From an uncultured Gemmatimonadaceae bacterium (GTDB taxonomy: Bacteria > Gemmatimonadota > Gemmatimonadetes > Gemmatimonadales > Gemmatimonadaceae), in contig CAWFQK010000004.1 of the NCBI GenBank assembly GCA_963817955.1, forward strand, positions 832,001-896,000: a DNA stretch of 64,000 nucleotides, in the 5' to 3' direction. Positions 48,803 through 59,090 of the stretch are shown here, one piece after another; position 1 is the first letter of the stretch; each line of letters begins with the position of its first letter. The position numbers and the translations under genes are program-made. The notes under the pieces are model-generated. The model ran no database searches. It saw only the letters and a list, made by a program, of their open reading frames with translations, and was not told where the DNA came from.

Positions 48803-51800
48803 GTGCTCCTCGCAACGGCCATCGCGATCGCCGGCTGGGCCGCGCCTACGCCTGCGCAGAACTACTTCGGGCAGAACCAAGTCCAGTACGACCACTTCAA
48901 GTGGGAGATCCTGGAGACCGAGCACTTCCTCATCTACTACTATCCTGAGGAAGGCCGGGCCGCGATGGACGCGGCGCGTATGGCCGAGCGATCCTATGCG
49001 CGCCTGTCGCGAATGCTCGACCATCAGTTCCGCGAGAAGAAGCCGATCGTGCTCTTCTCGTCGCGCATCGACTTCGGGCAGAACAACGTCACGGGCGATC
49101 TCGGCGAAGGCACCGGTGGAGTCACGGAGGCCACGCGACATCGCATGCTCCTCAACTTCACCGGCGACTACAAGAGCTTCGAACACGTGCTCACGCATGA
49201 GATGGTGCATGCGTTCCAGTACGACATCTTCGCGCGCGGCAAGGCGGGCAACGGGCTGCAGACGCTGGCGCAGTTTCTTCCGCCGCTCTGGTTCGCGGAG
49301 GGCATGGCTGAATACCTGTCGCTCGGCCCCAACTCATCCGTCACCACCGCCTGGATGCGCGACGCGGCGCTGAACGGAAAGATCCCGACCATTCAACAGC
49401 TGGCCGATCAGCCGGACCGGTATTTCCCCTATCGCTACGGCCACTCGCTCTGGAGCTACATCGGCCAGAAGTGGGGCGACGAGGTCATTGGGCAGATCAT
49501 GAACGGCGTGCCGAGTGTCGGCGTGGAACGCGCGATCCGGCGCGAGCTCGGCGTGTCGCTCGAGGAGCTCGGCGATGAATGGCGTGAGGACGTGCAGACG
49601 CGCCTCTTGCCGGCCGCCGGGGGCATGGACCGTCCGCAGAAGTTCGCCCAGCCGCTGCTCACGGAACAGAAGAGCGGCGGCGAGATCTTTCTCGCACCGG
49701 CGCTGTCGAGCGATGGCCGGTTGATCGCGTTCCTTTCGAACGGCAGCTTCCTGCGTGGCCAGGTGTTCATCGACCTGTGGCTCGCCGACGCCGAGACGGG
49801 CAAGCGCGTGACACGCCTGGTGAAGAGCACGTTCAACCCCGACTTCGAGGAGCTACGCGTTCTGTACTCGCAGAGCGCCTTCTCGCCGGATGGCCGCTGG
49901 CTCGCGGTGACCGGGCAGCGCCACGGCAAAGACGTGCTCAACATTTTCGACGTGCGCTCCCGCCGGCAGACGGCGCGCTTCGACCTGCCGCTCGAATCCG
50001 TGACCGGACCAAGCTGGTCGCCCGATGGGCGGCGGCTGGTGGTCAGTGGCTCGGTGGGTGGAATTACCGATCTCTATATAGTAAACGCGACTGGCAGCGG
50101 ACTCCGCCGTCTCACCAACGACCGGTTCGGTGACCTGCAGCCCCAGTGGTCGCCCGACGGCCGCACGATCGCCTTTGCCAGCGATCGGGACAGCGCCAGC
50201 TTGGGTCTGCTCAAGTTCCTGCCCTGGAAGATCACGCTGCTCGACGTGGCATCGGGGGCGATTACCGTGCTGCCCGGACAGGCGGGGCTGAACACGAATC
50301 CACAGTGGGCGCCGGACGGCCGCTCGATCGCCTATGTGTCTGACCGCACGGGCTCGGCGAATGTCTTTCTGTACGACCTCGACACACACGAACACTATCA
50401 GCTGACGAGCGTCATCGGAGCAATCTCGGCGCTCACGGAATACAGTCCGTCCATCTCCTGGGCGCGACAGGCGGACAAGCTGGCGTTCACATATTACGAG
50501 AACGGGAAATACACCATCTGGACGGCGAGCAACCCGCGCGCATTGCGCAGGACGCCGTTCCGCGACACGCCGCGGCCCATCATCGTCGCCAGCGCGCCGG
50601 CAGATTCGGGCGCGAACCCCGTCTCGGTCGCGGCCCTGCTCGACTCCTCCAACATCGGCCTGCCCGACACGACGAAGTTTCGCGTCAATGCGTACCACCC
50701 GCGCTTTCAGGCCGATTACGCCACGCGGCCCACGATCGGCTACTCGCCGGACGCTCTTGGGCGCAGCGTGTTCGGCGGCACGACGGTGGTGTTGAGCGAC
50801 ATGCTCGGGAATAATCACCTCGCGATCGCCGGTGAGATCAACGGCCGGCTGAGCGAAGCGCGCGCTTTCCTTGGCTACACCAATCTCGCGCACCGGTGGC
50901 AGTATTCGACCGCGCTGTCCCAGGCGCCGTACTATTTCTTGTCCGGCGACTCGCTCTCGAGCACCGCGGATCCCGGCGTGGCGCTCGAGAATCAGGAGAT
51001 CACGACCTACGTGGCGCGTCAGGCGTTCGGCGTGACGGCGTATCCGCTCGACCGTTTCACGCGCATCGAAATCGGCGCCGGGTTCAACAACATCGATCGT
51101 AGCCGTTTGTTCGTTACGCGCAAGATTTCCAACGGCAGTGAAGCCAGCGCATACGCGGTGGACAGTACGCATCGCGATCCGTCGTTGAACTACGTGGACG
51201 GACAGGTTGCGCTCGTCTCGGACAACACCCTGTTCGGCTATACCGGGCCGGTCATGGGCCGGCGCTACCGCTTCCAAGTGAGCCCAGTCGTCGGCACCTA
51301 CAACTGGGTGCAGTACCTGGCCGACTACCGACGCTATGACCCGATCATCTTCAACTATCTCACGGTCGCCTCACGACTCTACACCGACCTGTCCATCGGG
51401 CCCGACGAGACGAAGTTCCCCAAGTACATCGCTCGGCCAGACTACGTGCGCGGGTACGACCGCAACAGCACTTTTTCGCTGAGCTGTCCGCTCATCGGAG
51501 CCAACCCGACGAACTGTAGCGCCGTGCAGCTGCTGGGCAGCCGCGTGGCGGTCGCCAACATCGAGCTGCGCTTTCCGGTCATCAGACGTCTGGAGCTCGG
51601 GTTCGCTCCGGTGGACCTGCCGCCGCTCGACGGGCTGTTCTTCTACGATGCTGGCCTTGCCTGGTCGGCCGGGCAGACCGTCTACGGAAGCCGGCCCGTG
51701 GCGTTCGATCTGTCGAAGGCGCGCTATCCGCTGCGGAGCTATGGGTTCGGGCTCCGGCTGAACCTGTTCAATTACGCTATTGTCCGGTGGGACTACGCAG

Positions 51801-51862
51801 TGCCCATCGACCAGCCGGGGCACAAAGGGAACTGGACCTGGTCGTTGTGGCCGAGTTTCTAG
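48803..51862 (+). CDS. Omp85/BamA-like barrel protein with N-terminal gluzincin peptidase and PD40/WD40 propeller (start uncertain)
   Basis: Signal peptide; HEMVH...WFAEGMAEY; repeated WSPDG; YVRGY, ELRFP; C-terminal Phe. Confidence 0.85.
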   Translation: MLLATAIAIAGWAAPTPAQNYFGQNQVQYDHFKWEILETEHFLIYYYPEEGRAAMDAARMAERSYARLSRMLDHQFREKKPIVLFSSRIDFGQNNVTGDLGEGTGGVTEATRHRMLLNFTGDYKSFEHVLTHEMVHAFQYDIFARGKAGNGLQTLAQFLPPLWFAEGMAEYLSLGPNSSVTTAWMRDAALNGKIPTIQQLADQPDRYFPYRYGHSLWSYIGQKWGDEVIGQIMNGVPSVGVERAIRRELGVSLEELGDEWREDVQTRLLPAAGGMDRPQKFAQPLLTEQKSGGEIFLAPALSSDGRLIAFLSNGSFLRGQVFIDLWLADAETGKRVTRLVKSTFNPDFEELRVLYSQSAFSPDGRWLAVTGQRHGKDVLNIFDVRSRRQTARFDLPLESVTGPSWSPDGRRLVVSGSVGGITDLYIVNATGSGLRRLTNDRFGDLQPQWSPDGRTIAFASDRDSASLGLLKFLPWKITLLDVASGAITVLPGQAGLNTNPQWAPDGRSIAYVSDRTGSANVFLYDLDTHEHYQLTSVIGAISALTEYSPSISWARQADKLAFTYYENGKYTIWTASNPRALRRTPFRDTPRPIIVASAPADSGANPVSVAALLDSSNIGLPDTTKFRVNAYHPRFQADYATRPTIGYSPDALGRSVFGGTTVVLSDMLGNNHLAIAGEINGRLSEARAFLGYTNLAHRWQYSTALSQAPYYFLSGDSLSSTADPGVALENQEITTYVARQAFGVTAYPLDRFTRIEIGAGFNNIDRSRLFVTRKISNGSEASAYAVDSTHRDPSLNYVDGQVALVSDNTLFGYTGPVMGRRYRFQVSPVVGTYNWVQYLADYRRYDPIIFNYLTVASRLYTDLSIGPDETKFPKYIARPDYVRGYDRNSTFSLSCPLIGANPTNCSAVQLLGSRVAVANIELRFPVIRRLELGFAPVDLPPLDGLFFYDAGLAWSAGQTVYGSRPVAFDLSKARYPLRSYGFGLRLNLFNYAIVRWDYAVPIDQPGHKGNWTWSLWPSF

Positions 51863-51912
51863 CGGCGCGGGCGATAGCCGTTTTACTCAAAACCGACATT
51901 ATCTTTCACCTC

Positions 51913-53367
51913 GTGCGCTCGCTCACCGCGTTGGCGCTCGTGCTCGCTGCCTGCTCGAGCAGCGACCGCTCCAATCCCGCTGCATCCCAAAAGGCGTCCT
52001 CGTCGTCCGCATCTCGCGGCCCGAACGCGCTCATGTTGCGGGTGCCGCAGAATGGCGGACTCGCGCGAGTCACGGACTATCCCAAGGTTGACTCCACTGT
52101 ATGGACCGCAACGGATGCGGCGCCGGCGCTGGAGCGCGTGCTCGCGTTCGACGATGATGGTGGGCTGATCGCCGCGGCGGACAGGCGCGGGCTCCCGTTG
52201 TGGATCGATCTCCGACTCGGCACCGTGACAATCCCCGGACGTGGACGGCTCCGCGGACTGATTTCAGTCGACGGGTCGTCCATCTACGGCGTTGGACTGG
52301 ACGGCGCCGTGGCGCGATTCACGCCATCCGAGAACTGGGTGTTCAAGCCCAAACGGCCGGCGCGCGCCGTCTATCCGCAGGCGAACGGCACGATCGTCGT
52401 GCTCGAGGGACGGGGCGCATCCACGCGCCTCGTCCGCCTTCATCCGCCGAATCCCGCCGTGACGGATTCGCTGGCCCTCACTGATGTCGAAAGCGGCACA
52501 CCGGCGCCATTCGGCGAACGTGTGTTGTTCGAGACGCCGAAACACGCGTTGATCGCGGTACAGGTGCGAACGATGGCGATGACCAAGCCGCAATCGCTCG
52601 ATCGCGACGCCATTGCCGTTGCCTCGACGCCGAGCGGCGACCGGTTTTACGTCCTCACAGATTCATCGAACACGCTCGATGTCGTCGACCCCTACCGGAA
52701 CCGGATCAGCGCGCGGGTAGCGTTGCCGGGACGCGGACGCGACCTACGGGTGGACCCGTTCGGCCGCTACGTCCTCGTGCGAGCCGCCGTCGGCGACTCC
52801 GTCTGGATCGTCAGTATCGGATCGGACCAGGTCGTCGGCGGCACGCGCTCGGCCTGGCGCGGCGATCTTCCATTCGTCGCACCAGATGGAGCGCTGGCCG
52901 TCGCCCACGGGCAGGACGTGGTATTCATCGATGCGACGTCAGGACGCGAGCGGCAGCGCGCGCGGGGCGGCGCAGCAGACTTCTGGTATGCCTTCATCTG
53001 GGACGGCTTCCGGCCGAGGGCGGCGGGACTCGACCAGCCGGCAAATTTCTCGCGCGATACGGATACGACGACGCAGGCGGTCCCGGCGCCATTGGAGTCC
53101 ACCACCGTCCGTCCGCCAGCACCCGCAGCCGATTCGGCCAAGGCAGGCTTCACCGTCTCGTTTGCGGTCGTGCTGAATGAAGCCCGGGCGCGCGAACAGG
53201 CGGCGAAGATCGTCGTCGACGGGCACGCCGCACGCGTCGTCACCAGCATGCCGGGCGGAACCACGGTCTATCGTATAGTGCTCGGCCCCTACCCCACGCG
53301 CGAGGAAGCGGAACGCGTTGGACGCGCGTCAGGTCAAACGTACTACGTCTACGCTGGTACACCGTGA
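51913..53367 (+). CDS. Lipoprotein with beta-propeller-like region and C-terminal SPOR domain
   Basis: Lipobox LAAC; YVTN-like repeats; YRIVLGPYPTREEAERVG. Confidence 0.8.
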   Translation: MRSLTALALVLAACSSSDRSNPAASQKASSSSASRGPNALMLRVPQNGGLARVTDYPKVDSTVWTATDAAPALERVLAFDDDGGLIAAADRRGLPLWIDLRLGTVTIPGRGRLRGLISVDGSSIYGVGLDGAVARFTPSENWVFKPKRPARAVYPQANGTIVVLEGRGASTRLVRLHPPNPAVTDSLALTDVESGTPAPFGERVLFETPKHALIAVQVRTMAMTKPQSLDRDAIAVASTPSGDRFYVLTDSSNTLDVVDPYRNRISARVALPGRGRDLRVDPFGRYVLVRAAVGDSVWIVSIGSDQVVGGTRSAWRGDLPFVAPDGALAVAHGQDVVFIDATSGRERQRARGGAADFWYAFIWDGFRPRAAGLDQPANFSRDTDTTTQAVPAPLESTTVRPPAPAADSAKAGFTVSFAVVLNEARAREQAAKIVVDGHAARVVTSMPGGTTVYRIVLGPYPTREEAERVGRASGQTYYVYAGTP

Positions 53368-54701
53368 CGCCTCCGCACACACGACGCGGCTTCGATTGGG
53401 ACAGCGCTGGCCGGGAGTTGGGCGAAACGCTGGGCGCCTACAATGCGCTCGTCGTGATCGGCACCGACCCGGTGGCGACCGGTCGCGTCGCCGTAGCCAT
53501 CGGCCGCGCGCAGGCCGCAACGCGCCGCGCGGCCGTGGGCGACCTGTTCGCCGAATCGCCGCCCATTCAGGAGCTGGTCCAGACCGAAGATCCACACGGA
53601 CTCGTGGATTGCTTCCTCTACGGCGTGTCGATGAGCCGCATCGCGTACGAGGTCCCCGGCGCGGGTCAGCTCTTCGTCATGCCCAGCGGCACTGAGCCGC
53701 CTCCGTACGAAGAGATCCTGCCGAATCCGCGCTGGCATCGGCTCGCCGCTGGATTCCGCGAAGTGGGCGCCCTCCTCGTGCTCGCGGCCCCGGCGAGTGC
53801 ACCACACATCGAGGACTTGGTGAGCGCCACCGATGGCGCGATCCTGGTGGGCGATGCGGTCCCGCGCAAACTACCCGTCGCGCGGGTCATCGGCTCGGTG
53901 CGTGAGCCACGCCCAACCGATGCCGAGGGTGTGACGATCTTGCCGCCGGCCACGTCGGCCGCGGCGGCCGCGCCATCACGCTGGCCGCGAAAGCGCGTCG
54001 CGGCGATTGCTGGCGTGGTGCTCACGCTGGCACTCGCAGGCATCGGCGCGTGGTTGGCATATCGACCACTCGCTGAAACGGCGCGGCGTGTTGGCCCCAA
54101 ACCCGACACGGCAGCGGGCCTGAAAAAAGTGATCGCTGCGCAGCCCGATTCGAGCCCGCTCACGCCGGACACCGGGGCCGTCACGACGATCGCGGTGCCC
54201 CGCATCACCAATGTCGCGGACTCCGCCATTGCGTCCGCATTTGCCGTGGAACTCATGGCTGCGAATACGCAGGACGGTGCTATCTTCAAGCTGCAAAAAG
54301 ACGGAAAGAATCTTCCAGCCGCGACCTTCGCGCCAGTACTGATTCAGGGTGCCCGTTGGTACAAGGTGGTCACCGGCGCGTTCATCAACCGCACTGACGC
54401 GGACTCACTGCTCTCCGGGCTTCGGCGCCGAAAGGTGCTGGACGCCGGGAACGGGTCCGTAGTGCGCCTGCCGTTTGCCTTCCTGATCGACTCCGCGGTA
54501 CCGGCGGCGGCGGTGCCTGGAATGGTGGCGATGTACGCGGACCGGGGCCAACCGGTGTACGCGCTTCGCCAGCCGGGCGGGTCCGCCTGGCTGCTGGCTG
54601 GAGCCTTCGAGTCTGTCGAGCAGTCGTCATTGTACGCCGAATCGCTTCGTGCATCCGGGATCGCACCGGTGCTCGTGTATCGCAAGGGGAGATCGTTCTA
54701 G
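53364..54701 (+). CDS. Bitopic protein: degenerate BY-kinase/MinD-like cytoplasmic domain, TM, SPOR-like periplasmic domains
   Basis: GLVDCF..G, LFVMPSG..PP.EEIL, DGAILV without Walker A/B; one TM; WYKVVTGAF.NR.DADS and LLAGAFES. Confidence 0.65.
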   Translation: MTPPHTRRGFDWDSAGRELGETLGAYNALVVIGTDPVATGRVAVAIGRAQAATRRAAVGDLFAESPPIQELVQTEDPHGLVDCFLYGVSMSRIAYEVPGAGQLFVMPSGTEPPPYEEILPNPRWHRLAAGFREVGALLVLAAPASAPHIEDLVSATDGAILVGDAVPRKLPVARVIGSVREPRPTDAEGVTILPPATSAAAAAPSRWPRKRVAAIAGVVLTLALAGIGAWLAYRPLAETARRVGPKPDTAAGLKKVIAAQPDSSPLTPDTGAVTTIAVPRITNVADSAIASAFAVELMAANTQDGAIFKLQKDGKNLPAATFAPVLIQGARWYKVVTGAFINRTDADSLLSGLRRRKVLDAGNGSVVRLPFAFLIDSAVPAAAVPGMVAMYADRGQPVYALRQPGGSAWLLAGAFESVEQSSLYAESLRASGIAPVLVYRKGRSF

Positions 54702-57700
54702 TGCGGCTGACCAAGCTCGAGATGCAGGGCTTCAAATCGTTCGCGGATTCCACGGACATGCTGTTCAATCCGGGAGTGACCGCGATCGTTGGACCAAATG
54801 GCTGCGGCAAGTCGAACGTGTCCGACGCCGTGCGTTGGGTGCTCGGCGAGCAACGCGCGCGCCTCATGCGCGGTCTGAAGATGGAAGAGGTCATCTTTCA
54901 GGGTTCAACAGCACGGCGGCCGGTCAACGTGGCCGAGGTCTCGTTGCACTTCTCGAACGAGGACGGTGCGCTACCTGTCGCATTTCAGGAAGTCGTCATT
55001 ACCCGGCGGTTGTCGCGTTCAGGGGAGAGCGACTATTTCCTGAACCACGCCCCCTGCCGTTTGCGCGACATCTCGGACCTCCTGCGCGGCACTGGCCTTG
55101 GCGCCGGTACCGGCGTGGTCATCGAAAGCAAGATGATCGACGCGCTGCTCTCCGAGCGCCCAGACGACCGTCGGGAGCTGTTCGAGGAAGCGGCCGGCGT
55201 CGGCCTCTATCGCGACCGTCGCCGCACCACGGAGCGCCGTCTCGAGGAGACGGCGGTGGACCTCCAGCGACTGGACGACCTGATCACCGAAGTGCAGAGC
55301 CAGGTCCGCTCGCTCGCGCGGCAGCGCAAGCGCGCCGAGCGATATGCGGAGCTCATGGGTCGTCGCTTCACGGTCGAGATCGCGCTCGCCAAGCGCGAGA
55401 TGGAAGCGTGGCATGCGGAGTTGCAGCGCCTCGACGGCCGCGTCCGCGAGTTGCGCGAGGCCGCGCCCGGTGCCGAGGAGTCCGTACTCGCGGCGGAGCA
55501 GGCGCGCGATGTGGCGCATGGAACGCGCGCCGCTGCGGAAGCACAGCGCACCGAGTTGTTGCGACTCGTTTCCCATCAGCGCGAACAGCTCCATCAGATT
55601 CGCGGCGAGATGGCGGTGGCGGAGGAGCGGCAGCGCAACGCGCTCGCTCGCCGCCAGCGCGCCGAGTCCGAAGCGCACGAAGGTGAAGCGTACGACGTTC
55701 GGATCTCCACCGATCGCGAGCAGGCAGTTGCCGAACGTGCGCAATTCGAGCAGGAGCTCCTGCGCGCCCGCGAAACCCTCTCCCAGTGCCAGCGCGAAGA
55801 AGACGAGACGCGTCAGGGGGTAACGCAGATGCGCGCGGCGCTCGACGAAGCCGAACGTCACCGCCGCGAGCTGCAGGATCGATCGCGGCGCGTAGAGATG
55901 GACCGCGAGCGTGCTCGCCGCGAGAGCGACGAGCTGACGCTGCGGCTGGACCAGCTATCGCTGGAGCGGACGCAGCTCGCCGACGCGCTGACAACGACCG
56001 ATCGGGAGCTCGAGACCGCGGCAGTCGCGATCGAAGAAGCCCGCATACGTTCCGGCGAGGCGGCGATCACTCTCGAGGAAGCACGCGTCGTCGATCGCGA
56101 TACCCGTGAGCGCGAGGCGACCGCCCGCGCCGAGTTGTTCCGCGCCGACGAAGCGCACACGTCGCTCCAGGGCAAGGTCAATGCACTCGATACCCTGGAG
56201 CGCGAGCGCGTCGGCCTCGCGCCCGCCGCGGCGCGTCTGCTGCGCGAACGGGATCGGTTCGGCGACGGTGCGCTGCTCGGACCACTCTCGGATTTCATCA
56301 GCGCCGACCAGAGCTCGGCGTTGCTCGTCGAGCGTTTTCTCGGAGCGACGGTGCACGCCGTGCTGGTGCGCGACCGCGACGTGGCCGAAGCCGTTCGCGT
56401 ATGGCACGCGGACGCGAACCCCGGGCCGTTGCTCTTGCTGCCGCTCGACGCATTGGACGACGAGCAGGTAGCCGGCATGCTGACCGATGCGCTGTCGCAT
56501 CGAGTCGACGCCACGGGTCCGGGCCGCGCGTGGGTGCGCGCATTACTCGGTCACGCACACGCCGTATCCGATGGCACGGCGTTCATCGATGCCCGTGGCG
56601 CCGTGTGGCTGCCGGGCAGCACGTCGGGCCCCGGACCGCTGCGTCGTCGCGCCGAGTTGATCGCGCTGCGCGACGAGCTCGAGGCCACCGAACAGGTGCG
56701 CCAACAAGCCATGACCGCCGCCGATACGTTGCGCGCGGCGATGCTCGAATCGGAGCGCCGCGTGTTGGACGCCTCCGGCGCGCTCGAGGCGGCGCAGGTA
56801 GATGCGCGCCGCGCCGCAGAGCAACAGGGGGAGCTGGCGCGACGGCAGCAGCGTGCACGCCGCGAGGTACAGGAAGCCGACGCGCTGGCCGAACGTCTGA
56901 CTACGCGCCGAGACGAGCTCGTGGAGCAGCTCGCGCGTCTCGATGACGAAAGCGGGTCGCTCGCGGATCTTCTCATCGCGCGCAACGAGGATGCATCCCG
57001 CGCGCGCGAAGAGCTGACGATCGCCGAGCGTGCGCAGGAAGAGTCGCGCGAAGCGCGCACGGTCGCTCAGGTGGAGGCAGCGCAGGCGCAGGCGCGTGTG
57101 CAGGTGGCCCACGACCGCGAGCGGCGGCTGGCGCAGGAGCACCAGTCGGCAGCCGCACGCCTCGACGCATTGCGTGCGGAGCTATCCGATCTGTCCCAGG
57201 CCGATTCAGCCCTCGCCGAGCAGATGGCGATGTGGCAGATGGACCTCGAAACGCGCGAGGCAACGCTGGCCGACGGCGCGGCACGGTTGGAGAGCGCCGA
57301 GAGCGCGGTGAGCGCGGCGGACGAAGCGCTGACCACCATCGAACACGCGCTCGACGAAACCCGTCGTTCGGCGCAATCGCACAGCGACGAGCTGCATCAC
57401 GCCGAGCTACGGCACACCGAGCTTGGCGGCCGGCGCACGGCAATTCGCGAGCGTCTGGAGGCCGAATGGCGCCGCCCGCTCGACGACATGTTCGCCGAAG
57501 CGCAACCGGTGGACCTCGACGACGACTCGCTACGCGCGGAAACCGAAGGCCTGCGGCAGGAGCTGGAGCGTCTCGGTCCGGTGAACGTGCTGGCGATCGA
57601 GGAGCATGAGGAACAACTCAAACGCCAGGACTTCCTCACCGGCCAGCGTGCCGATCTCGCCGACGCCAAACAGCAGTTGCTGCAGGCGATTCGCGAGATC

Positions 57701-58231
57701 GACAGCACGGCGCGCGAGCTGTTCCTGGCGACATTCAAGCAGGTGCGCGAGAACTTTCGCCAGATCTTCATGTCGCTGTTCGGCGGCGGCGAGTGCGATC
57801 TGCGACTCGAGAATCCCGACGTGCCCCTGGATTGCGACATCGAGATCCATGCGTCGCCGCGCGGCAAGCGCACGCAGCGCATCAATTTGTTGTCGAGCGG
57901 CGAGCGCGCGCTCGTCGCGCTGTCGCTCATGTTCGGCATCTTTCTCACCAAGCCGAGCCCGTTCTGTCTGCTCGACGAGGTGGACGCGCCGCTCGACGAC
58001 GCGAACGTTGGCCGGTTCGTGCGCATGCTCACACAATTCAAGACGCGGACACAGTTCATCGTCATCACGCACAACCCGCGCACCACGACCGAAGCAGCCG
58101 ACGCCGTCTACGGCGTCACGATGCAGGAGCCCGGCGTGTCGTCGCTCGTCAGCGTGCGGATGCGCGGATCGGCGGTCGACGAAGCGATGGCCAGCGCAGC
58201 GATCAACGGCGCGGTCGCAACGCCGGTATGA
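54701..58231 (+). CDS. smc: Chromosome segregation protein SMC
   Basis: GFKSF, GPNGCGKSN, FEEAAG, coiled coils, LGPVN..AIEE, LSSGE, LLDEVDAPLD, ITH. Confidence 0.96.
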   Translation: MRLTKLEMQGFKSFADSTDMLFNPGVTAIVGPNGCGKSNVSDAVRWVLGEQRARLMRGLKMEEVIFQGSTARRPVNVAEVSLHFSNEDGALPVAFQEVVITRRLSRSGESDYFLNHAPCRLRDISDLLRGTGLGAGTGVVIESKMIDALLSERPDDRRELFEEAAGVGLYRDRRRTTERRLEETAVDLQRLDDLITEVQSQVRSLARQRKRAERYAELMGRRFTVEIALAKREMEAWHAELQRLDGRVRELREAAPGAEESVLAAEQARDVAHGTRAAAEAQRTELLRLVSHQREQLHQIRGEMAVAEERQRNALARRQRAESEAHEGEAYDVRISTDREQAVAERAQFEQELLRARETLSQCQREEDETRQGVTQMRAALDEAERHRRELQDRSRRVEMDRERARRESDELTLRLDQLSLERTQLADALTTTDRELETAAVAIEEARIRSGEAAITLEEARVVDRDTREREATARAELFRADEAHTSLQGKVNALDTLERERVGLAPAAARLLRERDRFGDGALLGPLSDFISADQSSALLVERFLGATVHAVLVRDRDVAEAVRVWHADANPGPLLLLPLDALDDEQVAGMLTDALSHRVDATGPGRAWVRALLGHAHAVSDGTAFIDARGAVWLPGSTSGPGPLRRRAELIALRDELEATEQVRQQAMTAADTLRAAMLESERRVLDASGALEAAQVDARRAAEQQGELARRQQRARREVQEADALAERLTTRRDELVEQLARLDDESGSLADLLIARNEDASRAREELTIAERAQEESREARTVAQVEAAQAQARVQVAHDRERRLAQEHQSAAARLDALRAELSDLSQADSALAEQMAMWQMDLETREATLADGAARLESAESAVSAADEALTTIEHALDETRRSAQSHSDELHHAELRHTELGGRRTAIRERLEAEWRRPLDDMFAEAQPVDLDDDSLRAETEGLRQELERLGPVNVLAIEEHEEQLKRQDFLTGQRADLADAKQQLLQAIREIDSTARELFLATFKQVRENFRQIFMSLFGGGECDLRLENPDVPLDCDIEIHASPRGKRTQRINLLSSGERALVALSLMFGIFLTKPSPFCLLDEVDAPLDDANVGRFVRMLTQFKTRTQFIVITHNPRTTTEAADAVYGVTMQEPGVSSLVSVRMRGSAVDEAMASAAINGAVATPV

Positions 58232-58322
58232 ATCGCAGGGGCCGCGCCGCGGCGTACCGCGCCGGCCTCACGGTGGATTCGCTCATGCAGGCGCAGTCGA
58301 GCCTGAGCCTGTCCACCTGACT

Positions 58323-59090
58323 GTGCGGCTCACCGCCCTCGGCACCGGTACGATCGCGTTGTCACCGCAGCGGAGCTGCGCCGGCTATTTCCTGGAGACG
58401 GAGCACACGCGGCTGCTGATGGACTGCGGCAGCGGCATCACGCGACGGATGGCCGAGTTGGGACTCGGATGGCAGGCAATCTCCCATGTCGCGCTGACGC
58501 ACTTTCACATCGACCACCATGGTGACCTGCCCTCGCTCATCTTCGCCTGGAAGTATGGGTTTCTTCCGCCGCGGACAGCGCCGGTGGAGATCATTGGCCC
58601 GGTGGGCACGGCCGCGCTTCTGGCGCGGCTCGCGGACGCCTATGGCGATTGGGTTTCGGCACCAGGGTTCCCGCTCACCGTGCGCGAGATCAGCCCGGCG
58701 GAGGTTCTCGACTTGCCCGGCGCGGTGCGCCTGAGTTGCCACGCAGTTCCCCATACGCCCGAGAGTGTGGCATATTCCTTGGAACGCGGCGCGCACCGGA
58801 TCGTCTATACTGGCGACACCGGACCGTCCGACGCACTCGCCCAGTGGGCGCACGGCTGCGACCTCCTCATTTGTGAATGTTCGTTGCCGGCGCAGATGCA
58901 GATTCCCGTGCACCTGACCCCCGAGCAGTGCGGCGAACTCGCCGCGGCCGCTGCGCCAAAGCATCTGGCGTTGACCCACTTCTACCCACCGGTCGAGAAG
59001 ATTGACATTCGAGCGCTGGTCAGCGCCCGATATGCTGGTCCAGTCACGCTGGCGCACGACGGGTGGCACTTCGAGATCGAGGACGAGTAA
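58323..59090 (+). CDS. MBL-fold metallo-hydrolase (RNase Z-like)
   Basis: [30 protein letters not shown]. Confidence 0.88.
   Translation: MRLTALGTGTIALSPQRSCAGYFLETEHTRLLMDCGSGITRRMAELGLGWQAISHVALTHFHIDHHGDLPSLIFAWKYGFLPPRTAPVEIIGPVGTAALLARLADAYGDWVSAPGFPLTVREISPAEVLDLPGAVRLSCHAVPHTPESVAYSLERGAHRIVYTGDTGPSDALAQWAHGCDLLICECSLPAQMQIPVHLTPEQCGELAAAAAPKHLALTHFYPPVEKIDIRALVSARYAGPVTLAHDGWHFEIEDE

Noticed and set aside
58228..58320. 30-aa ORF overlapping the smc stop (ATGA) and ending 2 nt before the MBL gene
   Set aside because: No motif or homology evidence; it may be chance or a mis-framed N-terminus.
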